A stretch of 64,000 bases of DNA, from assembly GCA_032718475.1 (NCBI GenBank), contig JAUCBJ010003201.1:1-64000 (forward strand), in the 5' to 3' direction. The position numbers were made by a program, and so were the translations under genes. Shown piece after piece: positions 1 through 13,300 of this stretch (position 1 is its first letter; each line of letters opens with the position of its first letter). The notes under the pieces were generated by a model that was not told the DNA's origin, did not search any database, and saw nothing but the letters and a program-made list of their open reading frames with translations. Source of the stretch: Nemertoderma westbladi (lineage: Eukaryota > Animalia > Xenacoelomorpha).

Positions 1-3000
1 CACTGTCCTAGACGGAGAGGAGTACATAAAACCCCAGGTTGGTAGTCACTGTCCTAGACGGAGAGGAGTACATAAAACCCCAGGTTGGTAGAGTCACTGT
101 CCTAGACGGAGAGGAGTACATAAAACCCCAGGTTGGTAGAGTCACTGTCCTAGACGGAGAGGAGTACATAAAACCCCAGGTTGGTGCAGTCACTGTCCTA
201 GACGGAGAGGAGTACATAAAACCCCAGATTGGTAGAGTCACTGTCCTAGACGGAGAGGAGTACATAAAACCCCAGGTTGGTAGAGTCACTGTCCTAGACG
301 GAGAGGAGTACATAAAACCCCAGGTTGGTAGAGTCACTGTCCTAGAGGGAGAGGAGTACATAAAACCCCAGGTTGGTAGAGTCACTGTCCTAGGCGGAGA
401 GGAGTACATAAAACCCCAGGTTGGTAGAGTCACTGTCCTAGACGGAGAGGAGTACATAAAACCCCAGGTTGGTAGTCACTGTCCTAGACGGAGAGGAGTA
501 CATAAAACCCCAGGTTGGTAGAGTCACTGTCCTAGACGGAGAGGAGTACATAAAACCCCAGGTTGGTAGAGTCACTGTCCTAGACGGAGAGGAGTACATA
601 AAACCCCAGGTTGGTAGAGTCACTGTCCTAGACGGAGAGGAGTACATAAAACCCCAGGTTGGTAGAGTCACTGTCCTAGACGGAGAGGAGTACATAAAAC
701 CCCAGGTTGGTAGAGTCACTGTCCTAGAGCGGAGAGGAGTACATAAAACCCCAGGTTGGTAGAGTCACTGTCCTAGACGGAGAGGAGTACATAAAACCCC
801 AGGTTGGTAAGTCACTGTCCTAGACGGAGAGGAGTACATAAAACCCCAGGTTGGTAGAGTCACTGTCCTAGACGGAGAGGAGTACATAAAACCCCAGATT
901 GGTAGTCGCTGTCCTAGACGGAGATTGAGTACATAAAACCCCAGGTTGGTAGAGTCACTGTCCTAGACGGAGAGGAGTACATAAAACCCCAGGTTGGTAG
1001 AGTCACTGTCCTAGACGGAGAGGAGTACATAAAACCCCAGGTTGGTAGAGTCACTGTCCTAGACGGAGAGGAGTACATAAAACCCCAGGTTGGTAGAGTC
1101 ACTGTCCTAGAGGGAGAGGAGTACATAAAACCCCAGGTTGGTAGAGTCACTGTCCTAGACGGAGAGGAGTACATAAAACCCCAGGTTGGTAGAGTCACTG
1201 TCCTAGACGGAGAGGAGTACATAAAACCCCAGGTTGGTAGAGTCACTGTCCTAGACGGAGAGGAGTACATAAAACCCCAGGTTGGTAGAGTCACTGTCCT
1301 AGACGGAGAGGAGTACATAAAACCCCAGGTTGGTAGTCACTGTCCTAGACGGAGAGGAGTACATAAAACCCCAGGTTGGTAGAGTCACTGTCCTAGACGG
1401 AGAGGAGTACATAAAACCCCAGGTTGGTAGAGTCACTGTCCTAGACGGAGAGGAGTACATAAAACCCCAGGTTGGTAGAGTCACTGTCCTAGACGGAGAG
1501 GAGTACATAAAACCCCAGGTTGGTAGAGTCACTGTCCTAGACGGAGAGGAGTACATAAAACCCCAGGTTGGTAGAGTCACTGTCCTAGACGGAGAGGAGT
1601 ACATAAAACCCCAGGTTGGTAGAGTCACTGTCCTAGACGGAGAGGAGTACATAAAACCCCAGGTTGGTAGAGTCACTGTCCTAGACGGAGAGGAGTACAT
1701 AAAACCCCAGGTTGGTAGAGTCACTGTCCTAGACGGAGAGGAGTACATAAAACCCCAGGTTGGTAGAGTCACTGTCCTAGACGGAGAGGAGTACATAAAA
1801 CCCCAGGTTGGTAGAGTCACTGTCCTAGACGGAGAGGAGTACATAAAACCCCAGGTTGGTAGAGTCACTGTCCTAGAGGGAGAGGAGTACATAAAACCCC
1901 AGGTTGGTAGAGTCACTGTCCTAGACGGAGAGGAGTACATAAAACCCCAGGTTGGTAGAGTCACTGTCCTAGACGGAGAGGAGTACATAAAACCCCAGGT
2001 TGGTAGAGTCACTGTCCTAGACGGAGAGGAGTACATAAAACCCCAGGTTGGTAGAGTCACTGTCCTAGACGGAGAGGAGTACATAAAACCCCAGGTTGGT
2101 AGAGTCACTGTCCTAGACGGAGAGGAGTACATAAAACCCCAGGTTGGTAGAGTCACTGTCCTAGACGGAGAGGAGTACATAAAACCCCAGGTTGGTAGAG
2201 TCACTGTCCTAGACGGAGAGGAGTACATAAAACCCCAGGTTGGTAGAGTCACTGTCCTAGACGGAGAGGAGTACATAAAACCCCAGGTTGGTAGAGTCAC
2301 TGTCCTAGACGGAGAGGAGTACATAAAACCCCAGGTTGGTACAGTCACTGTCCTAGACGGAGAGGAGTACATAAAACCCCAGGTTGGTAGAGTCACTGTC
2401 CTAGACGGAGAGGAGTACATAAAACCCCAGGTTGGTAGAGTCACTGTCCTAGACGGAGAGGAGTACATAAAACCCCAGGTTGGTAGAGTCACTGTCCTAG
2501 AGGGAGAGGAGTACATAAAACCCCAGGTTGGTAGAGTCACTGTCCTAGACGGAGAGGAGTACAAAAACCCCAGGTTGGTAGTCACTGTCCTAGACGGAGA
2601 GGAGTACATAAAACCCCAGGTTGGTGAGTCACTGTCCTAGACGGAGAGGAGTACATAAAACCCCAGGTTGGTAGAGTCACTGTCCTAGACGGAGAGGAGT
2701 ACATAAAACCCCAGGTTGGTAGAGTCACTGTCCTAGAGGGAGAGGAGTATATAAAACCCCAGGTTGGTAGAGTCACTGTCCTAGACGGAGAGGAGTACAT
2801 AAAACCCCAGGTTGGTACAGTCACTGTCCTAGAGGGAGAGGAGTACATAAAACCCCAGGTTGGTAGAGTCACTGTCCTAGACGGAGAGGAGTACATAAAA
2901 CCGCAGGTTGGTGCAGTCACTGTCCTAGACGGAGAGGAGTACATAAAACCCCAGGTTGGTAGAGTCACTGTCCTAGAGGGAGAGGAGTATATAAAACCCC

Positions 3001-6000
3001 AGGTTGGTAGAGTCACTGTCCTAGACGGAGAGGAGTACATAAAACCCCAGGTTGGTACAGTCACTGTCCTAGAGGGAGAGGAGTACATAAAACCCCAGGT
3101 TGGTAGAGTCACTGTCCTAGACGGAGAGGAGTACATAAAACCCCAGGTTGGTACAGTCACTGTCCTAGAGGGAGAGGAGTACATAAAACCCCAGGTTGGT
3201 AGAGTCACTGTCCTAGAGGGAGAGGAGTATATAAAACCCCAGGTTGGTAGAGTCACTGTCCTAGACGGAGAGGAGTACATAAAACCCCAGGTTGGTAGAG
3301 TCACTGTCCTAGACGGAGAGGAGTACATAAAACCCCAGGTTGGTACAGTCACTGTCCTAGAGGGAGAGGAGTACATAAAACCCCAGGTTGGTAGAGTCAC
3401 TGTCCTAGACGGAGAGGAGTACATAAAACCGCAGGTTGGTGCAGTCACTGTCCTAGACGGAGAGGAGTACATAAAACCCCAGGTTGGTAGAGTCACTGTC
3501 CTAGAGGGAGAGGAGTATATAAAACCCCAGGTTGGTAGAGTCACTGTCCTAGACGGAGAGGAGTACATAAAACCCCAGGTTGGTAGTCACTGTCCTAGAC
3601 GGAGAGGAGTACATAAAACCCCAGGTTGGTGCAGTCACTGTCCTAGACGGAGAGGAGTACATAAAACCCCAGGTTGGTAGAGTCACTGTCCTAGAGGGAG
3701 AGGAGTACATAAAACCCCAGGTTGGTAGAGTCACTGTCCTAGACGGAGAGGAGTACATAAAACCCCAGATTGGTAGTCGCTGTCCTAGACGGAGATTGAG
3801 TACATAAAACCCCAGATTGGTAGAGTCACTGTCCTAGACGGAGAGGAGTACATAAAACCCCAGGTTGGTAGTCACTGTCCTAGACGGAGAGGAGTACATA
3901 AAACCCCAGGTTGGTAGAGTCACTGTCCTAGAGGGAGAGGAGTACAAACTCCAGGTTGGTAGTCACTGTCCTAGACGGAGAGGAGTACATAAAACCCCAG
4001 GTTGGTAGAGTCACTGTCCTAGACGGAGAGGAGTACATAAAACCCCAGGTTGGTAGTCACTGTCCTAGACGGAGAGGAGTACATAAAACCCCAGGTTGGT
4101 AGAGTCACTGTCCTAGACGGAGAGGAGTACATAAAACCCCAGGTTGGTAGAGTCACTGTCCTAGACGGAGAGGAGTACATAAAACCCCAGGTTGGTAGAG
4201 TCACTGTCCTAGACGGAGAGGAGTACATAAAACCCCAGGTTGGTAGAGTCACTGTCCTAGACGGAGAGGAGTACATAAAACCCCAGGTTGGTAGAGTCAC
4301 TGTCCTAGACGGAGAGGAGTACATAAAACCCCAGGTTGGTGAGTCACTGTCCTAGACGGAGAGGAGTACATAAAACCCCAGGTTGGTAGAGTCACTGTCC
4401 TAGACGGAGAGGAGTACATAAAACCCCAGGTTGGTAGAGTCACTGTCCTAGACGGAGAGGAGTACATAAAACCCCAGGTTGGTAGAGTCACTGTCCTAGA
4501 GGGAGAGGAGTACATAAAACCCCAGGTTGGTAGAGTCACTGTCCTAGACGGAGAGGAGTACATAAAACCCCAGGTTGGTAGAGTCACTGTCCTAGACGGA
4601 GAGGAGTACATAAAACCCCAGGTTGGTAGAGTCACTGTCCTAGACGGAGAGGAGTACATAAAACCCCAGGTTGGTAGAGTCACTGTCCTAGACGGAGAGG
4701 AGTACATAAAACCCCAGGTTGGTAGAGTCACTGTCCTAGACGGAGAGGAGTACATAAAACCCCAGGTTGGTAGAGTCACTGTCCTAGAGGGAGAGGAGTA
4801 CATAAAACCCCAGGTTGGTAGAGTCACTGTCCTAGACGGAGAGGAGTACATAAAACCCCAGGTTGGTGAGTCACTGTCCTAGACGGAGAGGAGTACATAA
4901 AACCCCAGGTTGGTAGAGTCACTGTCCTAGACGGAGAGGAGTACATAAAACCCCAGGTTGGTAGAGTCACTGTCCTAGACGGAGAGGAGTACATAAAACC
5001 CCAGGTTGGTAGAGTCACTGTCCTAGAGGGAGAGGAGTACATAAAACCCCAGGTTGGTAGAGTCACTGTCCTAGACGGAGAGGAGTACATAAAACCCCAG
5101 GTTGGTAGAGTCACTGTCCTAGACGGAGAGGAGTACATAAAACCCCAGGTTGGTAGAGTCACTGTCCTAGACGGAGAGGAGTACATAAAACCCCAGGTTG
5201 GTGAGTCACTGTCCTAGACGGAGAGGAGTACATAAAACCCCAGGTTGGTAGAGTCACTGTCCTAGACGGAGAGGAGTACATAAAACCCCAGGTTGGTAGA
5301 GTCACTGTCCTAGACGGAGAGGAGTACATAAAACCCCAGGTTGGTAGAGTCACTGTCCTAGACGGAGAGGAGTACATAAAACCCCAGGTTGGTAGAGTCA
5401 CTGTCCTAGACGGAGAGGAGTACATAAAACCCCAGGTTGGTGAGTCACTGTCCTAGACGGAGAGGAGTACATAAAACCCCAGGTTGGTAGAGTCACTGTC
5501 CTAGACGGAGAGGAGTACATAAAACCCCAGGTTGGTAGAGTCACTGTCCTAGACGGAGAGGAGTACATAAAACCCCAGGTTGGTGAGTCACTGTCCTAGA
5601 CGGAGAGGAGTACATAAAACCCCAGGTTGGTAGAGTCACTGTCCTAGACGGAGAGGAGTACATAAAACCCCAGGTTGGTAGAGTCACTGTCCTAGACGGA
5701 GAGGAGTACATAAAACCCCAGGTTGGTAGTCACTGTCCTAGACGGAGAGGAGTACATAAAACCCCAGGTTGGTAGAGTCACTGTCCTAGAGGGAGAGGAG
5801 TACATAAAACCCCAGGTTGGTAGAGTCACTGTCCTAGAGGGAGAGGAGTATATAAAACCCCAGGTTGGTAGAGTCACTGTCCTAGACGGAGAGGAGTACA
5901 TAAAACCCCAGATTGGTAGTCGCTGTCCTAGACGGAGAGGAGTACATAAAACCCCAGGTTGGTAGAGTCACTGTCCTAGAGGGAGAGGAGTACATAAAAC

Positions 6001-6245
6001 CCCAGGTTGGTAGTCACTGTCCTAGACGGAGAGGAGTACATAAAACCCCAGGTTGGTAGAGTCACTGTCCTAGACGGAGAGGAGTACATAAAACCCCAGG
6101 TTGGTAGAGTCACTGTCCTAGAGGGAGAGGAGTACATAAAACCCCAGGTTGGTAGAGTCACTGTCCTAGACGGAGAGGAGTACATAAAACCCCAGGTTGG
6201 TAGAGTCACTGTCCTAGACGGAGAGGAGTACATAAAACCCCAGAT
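1..6245. repeat. 48-bp tandem repeat, ~130 copies visible, truncated by the window start; probably intronic in the eEF1B-like gene
   Basis: Unit CACTGTCCTAGACGGAGAGGAGTACATAAAACCCCAGGTTGGTAGAGT repeats near-identically with occasional 1-2 nt deletions. A degenerate final unit (tgtcctatacgggagggactacactaaa) runs to ~6270. Confidence 0.99.
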
Positions 6246-6404
6246 GTCCTATACGGGAGGGACTACACTAAATTTTAGTTTCGAAATAATAAACGGTTAC
6301 ACACAAGTAAATCAGAGCGATGCCTGTACTTATTAACCTTATTTAATTCTTTGTAGCATTTGACCCCCAACTAATTTTGTCTTCTTCGGAACTAATTCTC
6401 TTTG

Positions 6405-6863
6405 GGGGCGTTCATAAAGTATGTCACGCACTAGGGGGGGTCGAGCTTGCGTGACATTTTGTGACAGGGGGGGGGGGGGGGGTTGACTTTTGTGACGGTC
6501 ACGGTGATGCGATGCTCTACACTATACAGTAGGCAAGGCCTATGCTTTAATGTTAGCTTGACTTAGGCTAACACATTTTGTAGATGAGTGGGAAACTTTA
6601 AGGAAAAAACAATGAACTCAATAACATTTAATTTAATCCCTAACATTAACAGGGCACCCCTGTCTAGTCTGCCTTGTACAGGTACTTACTGTAGTTTGAA
6701 GCTGCTAAAGTATGTATAGGCTTTTTTTTTAGTAAGAAAAGCAGTCAAAATGTTTCACTTTCTATTGTGCTTTCTAACTGTTATTAAATTATTGAAATAA
6801 AATATTTTTCGTCTAGGGGGGAGGGGGTTATAAATTTACGAAAAAAAATTTTGTGACTGAGGC

Positions 6864-6894
<31 letters not shown>

Positions 6895-6975
6895 GAGGGG
6901 GAGGTAGGGGTGGGGGGTCGAGCTTGCGTGACACTTTGTGACAGAGAGGGGGGGGGGGGGGGGGTCAAACGCCCC
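6405..6975. mobile_element. Degenerate PIF/Harbinger-like MITE
   Basis: Ends GGGGCGTT...AACGCCCC are inverted repeats, with 3-bp flanks TTG/TAG. The left end GGGGCGTTCATAAAGTATGTCACG resembles Harbinger MITE termini. The block GGGGTCGAGCTTGCGTGACA-TTTGTGACAG plus poly-G is repeated at ~6437 and ~6913. Confidence 0.5.
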
Positions 6976-7119
6976 TAGTAATTTGGAATAAATTCGCATT
7001 TTATGGATTTTTTAGACTTTACTTTCCTGCTCGTATACTGTATAATGATAATATTTGCACTCGATACCAATATGACAATATGATATTAATGAATTGGGTT
7101 ATTATTTGTATCTTTTCAG

Positions 7120-7355
7120 CGAAGGTCTGGTGTGGTGGAAGCCGTCTGTCTGGTAGTTCAGACAGTAAGAAGCAATCCAACGGAGGCCTCAATGGTTTGG
7201 GGGAAAATGACGACGAAGATCTTTACGAAAGACGCCCCGGAGGCTGAGCATGAGAGTAAGAAGACTCCCGGGGATTTAAAGCTAAATCTAAAATCCGAGA
7301 TCCGCGGGTAAAACTAGTTACATTCTCGATGTCAAGGCAATCGGAGATGAGACAG
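7120..7355 (+). CDS. Exon of a divergent eEF1B (EF-1 beta/delta)-like gene: acidic linker and start of the GEF domain; frame disrupted by apparent indels
   Basis: Acceptor tatcttttcag ends at 7119 and donor CAG|GTTAGA is at 7355/7356. The 3' part reads GKTSYILDVKAIGDET(D), like eEF1B AKSSILLDVKPWDDETD. An upstream frame gives the acidic NDDEDLYE, like DDDIDLFG. No single frame is open across the exon. Confidence 0.7.
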
Positions 7356-10300
7356 GTTAGAGTAGCTGCAGTACTAAGTATTCTATGTGGGAGGGGACAT
7401 GTTAGATGTAGCTGTAGTTAGTACGTATTCTATGTGGGAGGGGACATGTTAGATGTAGCTGTAGTTAGTACAGTATTCTATGTGGGAGGGGACATGTTAG
7501 ATGTAGCTGTAGTTAGTACGTATTCTATGTGGGAGGGGACATGTTAGATGTAGCTGTAGTTAGTACGTAGTACGTATTCTATGTGGGAGGGGACATGTTA
7601 GATGTAGCTGTAGTTAGTACGTATTCTATGTGGGAGGGGACATGTTAGATGTAGCTGTAGTTAGTACGTATTCTATGTGGGAGGAGACATGTTAGATGTA
7701 GCTGTAGTTAGTACGTATTCTATGTGGGAGGGGACATGTTAGATGTAGCTGTAGTTAGTACGGTGTATTCTATGTGGGAGGGGACATGTTAGATGTAGCT
7801 GTAGTTAGTACGTAGTACGTATTCTATGTGGGAGGGGACATGTTAGATGTAGCTGTAGTTAGTACGTATTCTATGTGGGAGGGGACATGTTAGATGTAGC
7901 TGTAGTTAGTACGTATTCTATGTGGGAGGGGACATGTTAGATGTAGCTGTAGTTAGTACGTATTCTATGTGGGAGGGGACATGTTAGATGTAGCTGTAGT
8001 TAGTACGTATTCTATGTGGGAGGGGACATGTTAGATGTAGCTGTAGTTAGTACGTATTCTATGTGGGAGGGGACATGTTAGATGTAGCTGTAGTTAGTAC
8101 GTATTCTATGTGGGAGGGGACATGTTAGATGTAGCTGTAGTTAGTACGTATTCTATGTGGGAGGGGACATGTTAGATGTAGCTGTAGTTAGTACGTATTC
8201 TATGTGGGAGGGGACATGTTAGATGTAGCTGTAGTTAGTACGTATTCTATGTGGGAGGGGACATGTTAGATGTAGCTGTAGTTACGTATCGTATTCTATG
8301 TGGGAGGGGACATGTTAGATGTAGCTGTAGTTAGTACGTATTCTATGTGGGAGGGGACATGTTAGATGTAGCTGTAGTTAGTACGTATTCTATGTGGGAG
8401 GGGACATGTTAGATGTAGCTGTAGTTAGTACGTAGTAAGTATTCTATGTGGGAGGGGACATGTTAGATGTAGCTGTAGTTAGTACGTATTCTATGTGGGA
8501 GGGGACATGTTAGATGTAGCTGTAGTTAGTACGTATTCTATGTGGGAGGGGACATGTTAGATGTAGCTGTAGTTAGTACGTATTCTATGTGGGAGGGGAC
8601 ATGTTAGATGTAGCTGTAGTTAGTACGTAGTACGTATTCTATGTGGGAGGGGACATGTTAGATGTAGCTGTAGTTAGTACGTATTCTATGTGGGAGGGGA
8701 CATGTTAGATGTAGCTGTAGTTAGTACGTATTCTATGTGGGAGGGGACATGTTAGATGTAGCTGTAGTTAGTACGTATTCTATGTGGGAGGGGACATGTT
8801 AGATGTGGCTGTAGTTAGTACGTAGTACGTATTCTATGTGGGAGGGGACATGTTAGATGTAGCTGTAGTTACTACGTATTCTATGTGGGAGGGGACATGT
8901 TAGATGTAGCTGTAGTTAGTACGTATTCTATGTGGGAGGGGACATGTTAGATGTAGCTGTAGTTAGTACGTATTCTATGTGGGAGGGGACATGTTAGATG
9001 TGGCTGTAGTTAGTACGTAGTACGTATTCTATGTGGGAGGGGACATTTTAGATGTAGCTGTAGTTACTACGTATTCTATGTGGGAGGGGACATGTTGGAT
9101 GTAGCTGTAGTTAGTACGTATTCTATGTGGGAGGGGACATGTTAGATGTAGCTGTAGTTAGTACGTAGTACGTATTCTATGTGGGAGGGGACATGTTAGA
9201 TGTAGCTGTAGTTACTACGTATTCTATGTGGGAGGGGACATGTTAGATGTAGCTGTAGTTAGTACGTATTTTATGTGGGAGGGGACATGTTAGATGTAGC
9301 TGTAGTTAGTACGTAGTACGTATTCTATGTGGGTGGGGACATGTTAGATGTAGCTGTAGTTAGTACGTATTCTATGTGGGAGGAGACATGTTAGATGTAG
9401 CTGTAGTTAGTACGTATTCTATGTGGGAGGAGACATGTTAGATGTAGCTGTAGTTAGTACGTATTCTATGTGGGAGGGGACATGTTAGATGTAGCTGTAG
9501 TTAGTACGTAGTACGTATTCTATGTGGGAGGGGACATGTTAGATGTAGCTGTAGTTAGTACGTATTCTATGTGGGAGGGGACATGTTAGATGTAGCTGTA
9601 GTTAGTACGTATTCTATGTGGGAGGAGACATGTTAGATGTAGCTGTTGTTAGTAAGTATTCTATGTGGGAGGGGACATGTTAGATGTAGCTGTAGTTAGT
9701 ACGTATTCTATGTGGGAGGAGACATGTTAGATGTAGCTGTAGTTAGTACGTATTCTATGTGGGAGGGGACATGTTAGATGTAGCTGTAGTTAGTACGTAG
9801 TACGTATTCTATGTGGGAGGGGACATGTTAGATGTAGCTGTAGTTAGTACGTATTCTATGTGGGAGGAGACATGTTAGATGTAGCTGTAGTTAGTACGTA
9901 TTCTATGTGGGAGGAGACATGTTAGATGTAGCTGTAGTTAGTACGTATTCTATGTGGGAGGGGACATGTTAGATGGAGCTGTAGTTAGTACGTAGTACGT
10001 ATTCTATGTGGGAGGGGACATGTTAGATGTAGCTGTAGTTAGTACGTATTCTATGTGGGAGGGGACATGTTAGATGGAGCTGTAGTTAGTACGTAGTACG
10101 TATTCTATGTGGGAGGGGACATGTTAGATGTAGCTGTAGTTAGTACGTATTCTATGTGGGAGGAGACATGTTAGATGTAGCTGTAGTTAGTACGTATTCT
10201 ATGTGGGAGGAGACATGTTAGATGTAGCTGTAGTTAGTACGTATTCTATGTGGGAGGGGACATGTTAGATGGAGCTGTAGTTAGTACGTAGTACGTATTC

Positions 10301-13300
10301 TATGTGGGAGGGGACATGTTAGATGTAGCTGTAGTTAGTACGTATTCTATGTGGGAGGAGACATGTTAGATGTAGCTGTAGTTAGTACGTATTCTATGTG
10401 GGAGGGGACATGTTAGATGGAGCTGTAGTTAGTACGTAGTACGTATTCTATGTGGGAGGGGACATGTTAGATGTAGCTGTAGTTAGTACGTATTCTATGT
10501 GGGAGGAGACATGTTAGATGTAGCTGTAGTTAGTACGTATTCTATGTGGGAGGAGACATGTTAGATGTAGCTGTAGTTAGTACGTATTCTATGTGGGAGG
10601 GGACATGTTAGATGGAGCTGTAGTTAGTACGTAGTACGTATTCTATGTGGGAGGGGACATGTTAGATGTAGCTGTAGTTAGTACGTATTCTATGTGGGAG
10701 GAGACATGTTAGATGTAGCTGTAGTTAGTACGTATTCTATGTGGGAGGAGACATGTTAGATGTAGCTGTAGTTAGTACGTATTCTATGTGGGAGGGGACA
10801 TGTTAGATGGAGCTGTAGTTAGTACGTAGTACGTATTCTATGTGGGAGGGGACATGTTAGATGTAGCTGTAGTTAGTACGTATTCTATGTGGGAGGGGAC
10901 ATGTTAGATGTAGCTGTAGTTAGTACGTAGTACGTATTCTATGTGGGAGGGGACATGTTAGATGTAGCTGTAGTTAGTACGTATTCTATGTGGGAGGGGA
11001 CATGTTAGATGTAGCTGTTGTTAGTACGTATTCTATGTGGGAGGGGACATGTTAGATGTAGCTGTAGTTAGTACGTATTCTATGTGGGAGGGGACATGTT
11101 AGATGTAGCTGTAGTTAGTACGTATTCTATGTGGGAGGGGACATGTTAGATGTAGCTGTTGTTAGTACGTAGTACGTATTCTATGTGGGAGGGGACATGT
11201 TAGATGTAGCTGTAGTTAGTACGTATTCTATGTGGGAGGGGACATGTTAGATGTAGCTGTAGTTAGTACGTATTCTATGTGGGAGGGGACATGTTAGATG
11301 TAGCTGTAGTTAGTAAGTATTCTATGTGGGAGGGGACATGTTAGATGTAGCTGTAGTTAGTACGTATTCTATGTGGGAGGGGACATGTTAGATGTAGCTG
11401 TAGTTAGTACGTAGTAAGTATTCTATGTGGGAGGGGACATGTTAGATGATGTAGCTGTAGTTAGTACGTATTCTATGTGGGAGGGGACATGTTAGATGTA
11501 GCTGTAGTTAGTACGTATTCTATGTGGGAGGGGACATGTTAGATGTAGCTGTAGTTAGTACGTAGTAAGTATTCTATGTGGGAGGGGACATGTTAGATGT
11601 AGCTGTAGTTAGTACGTATTCTATGTGGGAGGGGACATGTTAGATGTAGCTGTAGTTAGTACGTATTCTATGTGGGAGGGGACATGTTAGATGTAGCTGT
11701 AGTTAGTACGTATTCTATGTGGGAGGGGACATGTTAGATGTGGCTGTAGTTAGTACGTAGTACGTATTCTATGTGGGAGGGGACATGTTAGATGTAGCTG
11801 TAGTTACTACGTATTCTATGTGGGAGGGGACATGTTAGATGTAGCTGTAGTTAGTACGTATTCTATGTGGGAGGGGACATGTTAGATGTAGCTGTAGTTA
11901 GTACGTATTCTATGTGGGAGGGGACATGTTAGATGTGGCTGTAGTTAGTACGTAGTACGTATTCTATGTGGGAGGGGACATTTTAGATGTAGCTGTAGTT
12001 ACTACGTATTCTATGTGAGAGGGGACATGTTGGATGTAGCTGTAGTTAGTACGTATTCTATGTGGGAGGGGACATGTTAGATGTAGCTGTAGTTAGTACG
12101 TAGTACGTATTCTATGTGGGAGGGGACATGTTAGATGTAGCTGTAGTTACTACGTATTCTATGTGGGAGGGGACATGTTAGATGTAGCTGTAGTTAGTAC
12201 GTATTTTATGTGGGAGGGGACATGTTAGATGTAGCTGTAGTTAGTACGTAGTACGTATTCTATGTGGGTGGGGACATGTTAGATGTAGCTGTAGTTAGTA
12301 CGTATTCTATGTGGGAGGAGACATGTTAGATGTAGCTGTAGTTAGTACGTATTCTATGTGGGAGGAGACATGTTAGATGTAGCTGTAGTTAGTACGTATT
12401 CTATGTGGGAGGGGACATGTTAGATGTAGCTGTAGTTAGTACGTAGTACGTATTCTATGTGGGAGGGGACATGTTAGATGTAGCTGTAGTTAGTACGTAT
12501 TCTATGTGGGAGGGGACATGTTAGATGTAGCTGTAGTTAGTACGTATTCTATGTGGGAGGAGACATGTTAGATGTAGCTGTAGTTAGTACGTATTCTATG
12601 TGGGAGGAGACATGTTAGATGTAGCTGTAGTTAGTACGTATTCTATGTGGGAGGGGACATGTTAGATGTAGCTGTAGTTAGTACGTAGTACGTATTCTAT
12701 GTGGGAGGGGACATGTTAGATGTAGCTGTAGTTAGTACGTATTCTATGTGGGAGGGGACATGTTAGATGGAGCTGTAGTTAGTACGTAGTACGTATTCTA
12801 TGTGGGAGGGGACATGTTAGATGTAGCTGTAGTTAGTACGTATTCTATGTGGGAGGAGACATGTTAGATGTAGCTGTAGTTAGTACGTATTCTATGTGGG
12901 AGGAGACATGTTAGATGTAGCTGTAGTTAGTACGTATTCTATGTGGGAGGGGACATGTTAGATGGAGCTGTAGTTAGTACGTAGTACGTATTCTATGTGG
13001 GAGGGGACATGTTAGATGTAGCTGTAGTTAGTACGTATTCTATGTGGGAGGAGACATGTTAGATGTAGCTGTAGTTAGTACGTATTCTATGTGGGAGGGG
13101 ACATGTTAGATGGAGCTGTAGTTAGTACGTAGTACGTATTCTATGTGGGAGGGGACATGTTAGATGTAGCTGTAGTTAGTACGTATTCTATGTGGGAGGA
13201 GACATGTTAGATGTAGCTGTAGTTAGTACGTATTCTATGTGGGAGGAGACATGTTAGATGTAGCTGTAGTTAGTACGTATTCTATGTGGGAGGGGACATG

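Noticed and set aside
1-6336. Long ORFs on both strands (VTVLDGEEYIKPQVGR)n and (MYSSPSRTVTLPTWGF)n
   Set aside because: They follow from a 48-bp unit that is a multiple of three. Frequent 1-2 nt deletions break the frames and there is little synonymous variation.
6784-6999. Poly-proline ORF on the minus strand
   Set aside because: It is a translation of poly-G runs in a MITE, and those run lengths are unreliable.
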